64,000 bases of DNA, taken from the NCBI GenBank assembly GCA_963932905.1, contig CAWVRN010000007.1, positions 69,955-133,954 on the forward strand. Direction: 5' to 3'. The translations under genes and the position numbers were made by a program. How positions within the stretch are numbered: position 1 is the first letter of the stretch; every line of letters begins with the position of its first letter. The notes beneath the pieces are model-generated. The model was not told where the DNA came from and did not search any database. It saw only the letters and a program-made list of their open reading frames with translations. Source of the DNA: an uncultured Bdellovibrio sp. (GTDB lineage: Bacteria > Bdellovibrionota > Bdellovibrionia > Bdellovibrionales > Bdellovibrionaceae). Below are positions 59,375 through 64,000 of the stretch, piece after piece.

Positions 59375-60974
59375 AAACAAAGCATTTTTTGCTTTTGTAA
59401 TGATTTTAGGTATTTTTTTATTTGGCTTTATATACATACGAAAATCAATACGTGAAATTTCTGATCACGCCAAAATTTTGCATACGTTTGAGCAATCAAA
59501 AATTTCTAATCATGACTTAAACGAGAACGTATTACGACTGAAAACGTTTCTTTTGCAAACATACGACCCCCTTGTTCGCGACATGGCTAAACTCGAAGAT
59601 ATCTGCAAACGTTTGAAAAATGATTCTATATTTAGCATTTTACGAGTTAACGAAACCAAAGATTTGCTAAATGATTATTGCCAAGCTCTGAGCGAAAAAG
59701 CGGAGCTTTTAGAGCAATACAAAACTCAGCATTCCGTCCTAAGGAACTCGATAAAATACCTGCCACAAGTTGTAAAGGGACTTTCGAATTCTAAGTACAG
59801 CGATATTACTCATGCTTTATTTTCCAACGCTATTCTTTACAATTTTGATCGCAATGAAGTACTGGAAGAAAATATCTATAGTTTACTTCAAAAGATTCCA
59901 AAACATTCTAAAAACAAGAAAGAAGAGGTTTTGCTGGAGTCACTAAAGCTGCATGTCAAATTGATGGTAGATTACAGCTTAACCCGTTCAGTATTAGAAG
60001 AGAAACTTTTGGCTAATAGCATTGTCGCAAAACTCGAGCTTTTGGAAGGCAGTTATCTAGAAAACTATCAACGCCTTCAAAATCGCGGGGCCGTATTCAA
60101 TTACGTCCTGATCTTTGTATGTTTCATTTTAGGAATTTGGCTAATTTTCATCTTCAAAAGACTTCAAGGACTGACAGAGGATTTACGTAATTTAAATGGC
60201 AGTCTAGAATCGAAAGTGCAATCGCGTACGCAAGAGTTGTCTCAAGCAATGAAGAGCCTTGAAGCAAGTCAGACAGTGTTAGCTCAGTCTGCAAAAATGA
60301 CGGCTCTTGGCGAAATGGCTGGTGGCATAGCTCACGAAATCAATACACCACTAAGTGCTATTTTGATGAACGCCGAAGTACTTATGGATAAAGCAGATCA
60401 GGAACCGACTCCAGAACAGATCCGCAAGCGAGCAGACACAATCATAAAAATTGTAGCGCGGGTTTCAAAAATTATCATGGGGTTAAAACGGTTTTCTAGA
60501 AATGCCGACGCCACTGAAAAATCTCGTGTATTGGTGCAAACAATCATCGATGATACGATGACTTTGTGTAGTGAAAAATTCAAATCGCAATCTGTTATTT
60601 TGGAAATTAAACTGGAGTCTCCCGACTTAACAATTAACTGTGTACCTGAACACATTTCTCAAGTTTTGTTAAACTTCTTAAATAATTCGCTGTACGCATT
60701 AAAAGAAACTACTGATTTGTCCAACAAATGGATTTCAATTAATGCTCTTAAAAAAGAAAATCGTGTTGAAATTAACGTTACGGATGCCGGGACTGGCCTA
60801 CCAGAAAATATTCAGGCAAAATTGATGCAGCCATTTTTCACAACAAAACCACCGGGTTCAGGAACAGGGTTAGGTCTAAGCATTTCCAGAGGCATCATAG
60901 AGCAAAACGGTGGGGAGATGTTTTATGATAAAACCTGCCCCAACACCCGCTTTGTCATCAGATTGCCTGCTTAA
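59358..60974 (+). CDS. Sensor histidine kinase with a helical periplasmic (DAHL-like) domain
   Basis: Two TMs; YDPLV and EQYKTQHSVLRNSIKYLP; H-box AHEINTPL; N, G1 (DAGTG), F, G2 (GTGLGL) boxes. Confidence 0.88.
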   Translation: MPMKNKNKAFFAFVMILGIFLFGFIYIRKSIREISDHAKILHTFEQSKISNHDLNENVLRLKTFLLQTYDPLVRDMAKLEDICKRLKNDSIFSILRVNETKDLLNDYCQALSEKAELLEQYKTQHSVLRNSIKYLPQVVKGLSNSKYSDITHALFSNAILYNFDRNEVLEENIYSLLQKIPKHSKNKKEEVLLESLKLHVKLMVDYSLTRSVLEEKLLANSIVAKLELLEGSYLENYQRLQNRGAVFNYVLIFVCFILGIWLIFIFKRLQGLTEDLRNLNGSLESKVQSRTQELSQAMKSLEASQTVLAQSAKMTALGEMAGGIAHEINTPLSAILMNAEVLMDKADQEPTPEQIRKRADTIIKIVARVSKIIMGLKRFSRNADATEKSRVLVQTIIDDTMTLCSEKFKSQSVILEIKLESPDLTINCVPEHISQVLLNFLNNSLYALKETTDLSNKWISINALKKENRVEINVTDAGTGLPENIQAKLMQPFFTTKPPGSGTGLGLSISRGIIEQNGGEMFYDKTCPNTRFVIRLPA

Positions 60975-61142
60975 ATGATCCTAAGCAGGCTCAAAACAAA
61001 TTGGAAGCTTGTTTTTTCGATCCCATGGTGACGTCGAGCAAACGCGTTTACCTTGAAATATGAAAAGAAAATCAAAAAACAAGATAAGGTTGATTATCTA
61101 CCTATTTCGAACCAGTTCAGCAATAACATAAATTTTTCCGAA

Positions 61143-61706
61143 TTATCGTACCCATCGGCCACCATCATAGGTGACGATTTGATCTAATTTAAATTTAGAA
61201 CTAAAATCTTCGTAGGGAGCACTAATGCCGGTTTTTCTGCGAATAGTGTACTCGATTTCGCTTCGATCTTTATAAAATGTTTCAAAATAATTTGTAACGA
61301 CGATAGTTTGAATTAATATAGCTCCTGTATTTTTATCTTTTACCTGTGAAAATCCTTTTATTCTCCAAATTGCACTTGTATCGACTTTGGCTTCAACGAC
61401 CGGCAACTCGATATAAACTTGCCGAGTTTGATTACATCGTTTATACCTGCACTCGGCAGGTAACCAATCAATTTTTAATTTGATATAACCTGCGCCCGCA
61501 GAATTCACATTTCCCTGAGTCCACTTCATATCTAACAAACCTGTCATTTGAACAGCTTTCATATTTAGTTTTGGATCAAAAAATCCACCAAGAACGTTAG
61601 CTCGTTGAAAGTATGTTTTTGCACTTGCTCTAACATTGTTTGAAAAACCAAAAACAGTCATTAAAGCCATTATGCTAGCCAATAAATTCATTTTTTTCAT
61701 ACTCAT
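61143..61706 (-). CDS. Secreted hypothetical protein
   Basis: AAGGA RBS before MSMKK; signal peptide. Confidence 0.7.
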   Translation of the reverse strand: MSMKKMNLLASIMALMTVFGFSNNVRASAKTYFQRANVLGGFFDPKLNMKAVQMTGLLDMKWTQGNVNSAGAGYIKLKIDWLPAECRYKRCNQTRQVYIELPVVEAKVDTSAIWRIKGFSQVKDKNTGAILIQTIVVTNYFETFYKDRSEIEYTIRRKTGISAPYEDFSSKFKLDQIVTYDGGRWVR

Positions 61707-61854
61707 TTTGTCCTTTAACCTGATTGAAGAATATATATTTTCAGGTGTCGATATCATCAGCAATACAAACAAAAATCAACGAGTTCTAAATGAAAATGAT
61801 ATTAATACTATTTTCTTTACTTACAGTAGGACTCAGGTTAGTTGATTCAAAATC

Positions 61855-62880
61855 CTAATAGCAACTTACCTGAGAAATTTCTTTGGTATTGAATTCGGGA
61901 CGATATTCAAAATGCATAGTATCGTAATGATTCCATTTTCCGCCCCATATAAATCCATGTTTTTCAAAAATTCTAATTATTTTTAACGGTATATAAGGCC
62001 TCTGACTAGGAACAAAATGATCGTGTTCGTAGGCACTTTCCCCTTTTTTGGCTTGATCTGGATTTCGTTTGATTTCATCCCACAACCAATATTGCGCCGG
62101 GTGATCGGTCAATAAATCAATAGCCGTCCCGAATGAATGAGTCGACAGCCGATGGCTACCAGCGATATTTCTCCAATTGAAGGTCATTCCATTTAATTGT
62201 TTTTGACCGCTTAAAAAGGGCGTTAAAAACTGTCGGCTTTCTTTATCTGTGGAACTGAGCTTTATGAGTTCAGCGCCAACTAGTTCTAACATTCTGGCGC
62301 CAGAAAATTTTTTCTGAAATTTAATTTTTTGATTTAAGAAATCAATAGTTACCAAATTTTTTTGAACCTCACTAGCAGAAGATCCGTACAAATATTTGTT
62401 TAGTTCTTGAATTCGTAGTCTTCCTGGATCGTAATTTTGTCGTTTTTCTGGAAGTTGATTTTTTCCAAACTGATAATAGATATAAAAAATAGAAAAAATG
62501 TCCAAATCCGATGAATTCATGCGCTCATAAAAAGAAAGTGGATTTTCATTATAGCAAGGTATGGCCAGGGCGTGCTTTTTGATTGGGTTTTTAATAACTA
62601 AAAAATCCCGTTTGTTTGAGCTTCGAAGTTCAATTTCATCTCCACAACTGGAGTATATTTTTCCGACTCGCTCGCAAGCCATGCGAGCCACTAGGTGATC
62701 TGAAAGGTCGTTCTCATTTAAATTTGTAATGATACTTTCTAACTGACCTAAATCTTTAATTTCTAGCCCAGAATCGGCATTCAAATTAGATTTTGAATTG
62801 CATCCAGAGTTCAAAAAAGCGCCCAAAAGAAAAGATAGACAAACTCTGAAGCAAGCGAATCTGAATTTTGATAAAATCAC
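61855..62880 (-). CDS. M15-family metallopeptidase lipoprotein (D-Ala-D-Ala carboxypeptidase/endopeptidase-like)
   Basis: FNWRNI, STHSFGTAID, FIWGGKW.HYDTMHFEYRPE; GTGA coupling to the upstream gene; NSGC lipobox-like. Confidence 0.88.
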   Translation of the reverse strand: MILSKFRFACFRVCLSFLLGAFLNSGCNSKSNLNADSGLEIKDLGQLESIITNLNENDLSDHLVARMACERVGKIYSSCGDEIELRSSNKRDFLVIKNPIKKHALAIPCYNENPLSFYERMNSSDLDIFSIFYIYYQFGKNQLPEKRQNYDPGRLRIQELNKYLYGSSASEVQKNLVTIDFLNQKIKFQKKFSGARMLELVGAELIKLSSTDKESRQFLTPFLSGQKQLNGMTFNWRNIAGSHRLSTHSFGTAIDLLTDHPAQYWLWDEIKRNPDQAKKGESAYEHDHFVPSQRPYIPLKIIRIFEKHGFIWGGKWNHYDTMHFEYRPEFNTKEISQVSCY

Positions 62881-63830
62881 TTGAACCAAATCCAGTCCCC
62901 TGGAGGAAGCAGCAGAATCCCACTGTAATAGTAAATCTTTGATGGTTTACCATCTACTATGCTATTAAGCCCCTTAGGTGAGCCATAAGGTGGATTAAAA
63001 TACCCTTCTTCGATATTACGAGGATTATTAGGTTCATGAGGAGAATGGGATTCATTGACCCAACCATGGTACCCTGGAAACACATGAAATCCGCCGTGAG
63101 GGACCCCGATAAAATAAGGTACTTTGTAAAAATCAGTTAAGTCAGTGGTGTTTTTAACCACTGAAGAATTTTTAGAAGGATTAAAATTAACCATCAAGTA
63201 GTCAACAGGTACATGATAGTATGTTTTATATTTATTTGCTATGTAGTAGCTGTAAATATGATCTTCAGGCGTGGCGCCGATTTTCTTGACATCGCTTGGT
63301 GTCGGATGTTTTTGAGTGGCATCCGTATTCCAATAAACTACTTTCCATCCTAATTTTTTCAATGCATAGCCGAGAGCAATACCCGTGCGTTGGTTGGCGT
63401 TATAAAAAGCCATTAATTTTTCATAAACACGCACCTGATTTGAAGCGACAAAGCCTTTTCCCAAAAACCTGTGCGTATGCATTTCACAGCTTGTGATCAT
63501 CAGATCCTGTGCGCTGGGAGGAGCGGCACACTTTGCGATTTTGGAAATAAAATTTTCCTTTTGAGTAAGATTTAACTTGCTGAATTTAGATTTAAATCCA
63601 AAAAGCAAACTGACACCGCAATCGTCATAGACTTGTTTAAATTTTTGAGTGAATTCTTTTTGCTCCTGGACGGTTGTAGAAATTAACTCTTGAATGTGAT
63701 CTTTGTGAAACTCAATTTCCGCTTCTGTAAAACTAATTTCGCCTTTAAAGGGAGATTTTTCCGCCGAAAACAAGTTTTGCGAAGTCAGCACACAAATAAA
63801 TAAAAGAAAATAGTTCTTTAATAGATTCAT
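62877..63830 (-). CDS. Secreted hypothetical protein, possible Cys-His papain-like fold
   Basis: Signal peptide; TSC near the N-terminus, GGFHVF and NESH later. Confidence 0.6.
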   Translation of the reverse strand: MNLLKNYFLLFICVLTSQNLFSAEKSPFKGEISFTEAEIEFHKDHIQELISTTVQEQKEFTQKFKQVYDDCGVSLLFGFKSKFSKLNLTQKENFISKIAKCAAPPSAQDLMITSCEMHTHRFLGKGFVASNQVRVYEKLMAFYNANQRTGIALGYALKKLGWKVVYWNTDATQKHPTPSDVKKIGATPEDHIYSYYIANKYKTYYHVPVDYLMVNFNPSKNSSVVKNTTDLTDFYKVPYFIGVPHGGFHVFPGYHGWVNESHSPHEPNNPRNIEEGYFNPPYGSPKGLNSIVDGKPSKIYYYSGILLLPPGDWIWFK

Positions 63831-64000
63831 TTTTTTTCCAATTGTTTACCACTAACGTTTTTTTAGAATTCAAATTATATTGCAATAGTCTTAATTTGTC
63901 CTCTGTAGAGAAATAGACACTTCGGCAAAAATCGTCAGTGACGATGGTTCTTTCTCAAATAAGTGAATAGAGACGAAATCATTTAGCCGATAGGCATAAA

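Overview
Gene-dense, roughly 40% GC (by eye) bacterial chromosomal segment. Its gene content suggests a predatory Bdellovibrionota-like organism (inference): many orphan secreted proteins and lipoproteins, a GNAT-PilZ fusion, an HD-GYP regulator, and nrdR directly next to nusB. Recognisable genes are mrp/apbC, rarA, an RsmB/NOP methyltransferase, nrdR, nusB, a PPDK/PEPS regulatory kinase, DPP-IV, an RND pump with TolC, a subtilase, LysR, OmpA/MotB, a TMEM165/GDT1 Mn exporter with a yybP-ykoY riboswitch, a dihaem cytochrome c peroxidase, a histidine kinase and an M15 peptidase. I found no rRNA, tRNA, CRISPR array or transposase. Most notable: (1) an 11-kb envelope operon encoding a giant metzincin lipoprotein, two diverged paralogous ~1100-aa lipoproteins and a beta-barrel; (2) two tandem 258-bp structured elements with self-palindromic terminal inverted repeats, one supplying a gene's stop codon; (3) a TolC/RND cluster with no membrane-fusion protein but a four-repeat lipoprotein in its place; (4) a REC-HD-GYP/peroxidase/kinase operon; (5) a recurring 15-bp palindrome (GTCTC-N5-GAGAC-like) in intergenic regions; (6) two ORFs missing from the ORF track. 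All family calls are from motif recognition by eye, not database searches.
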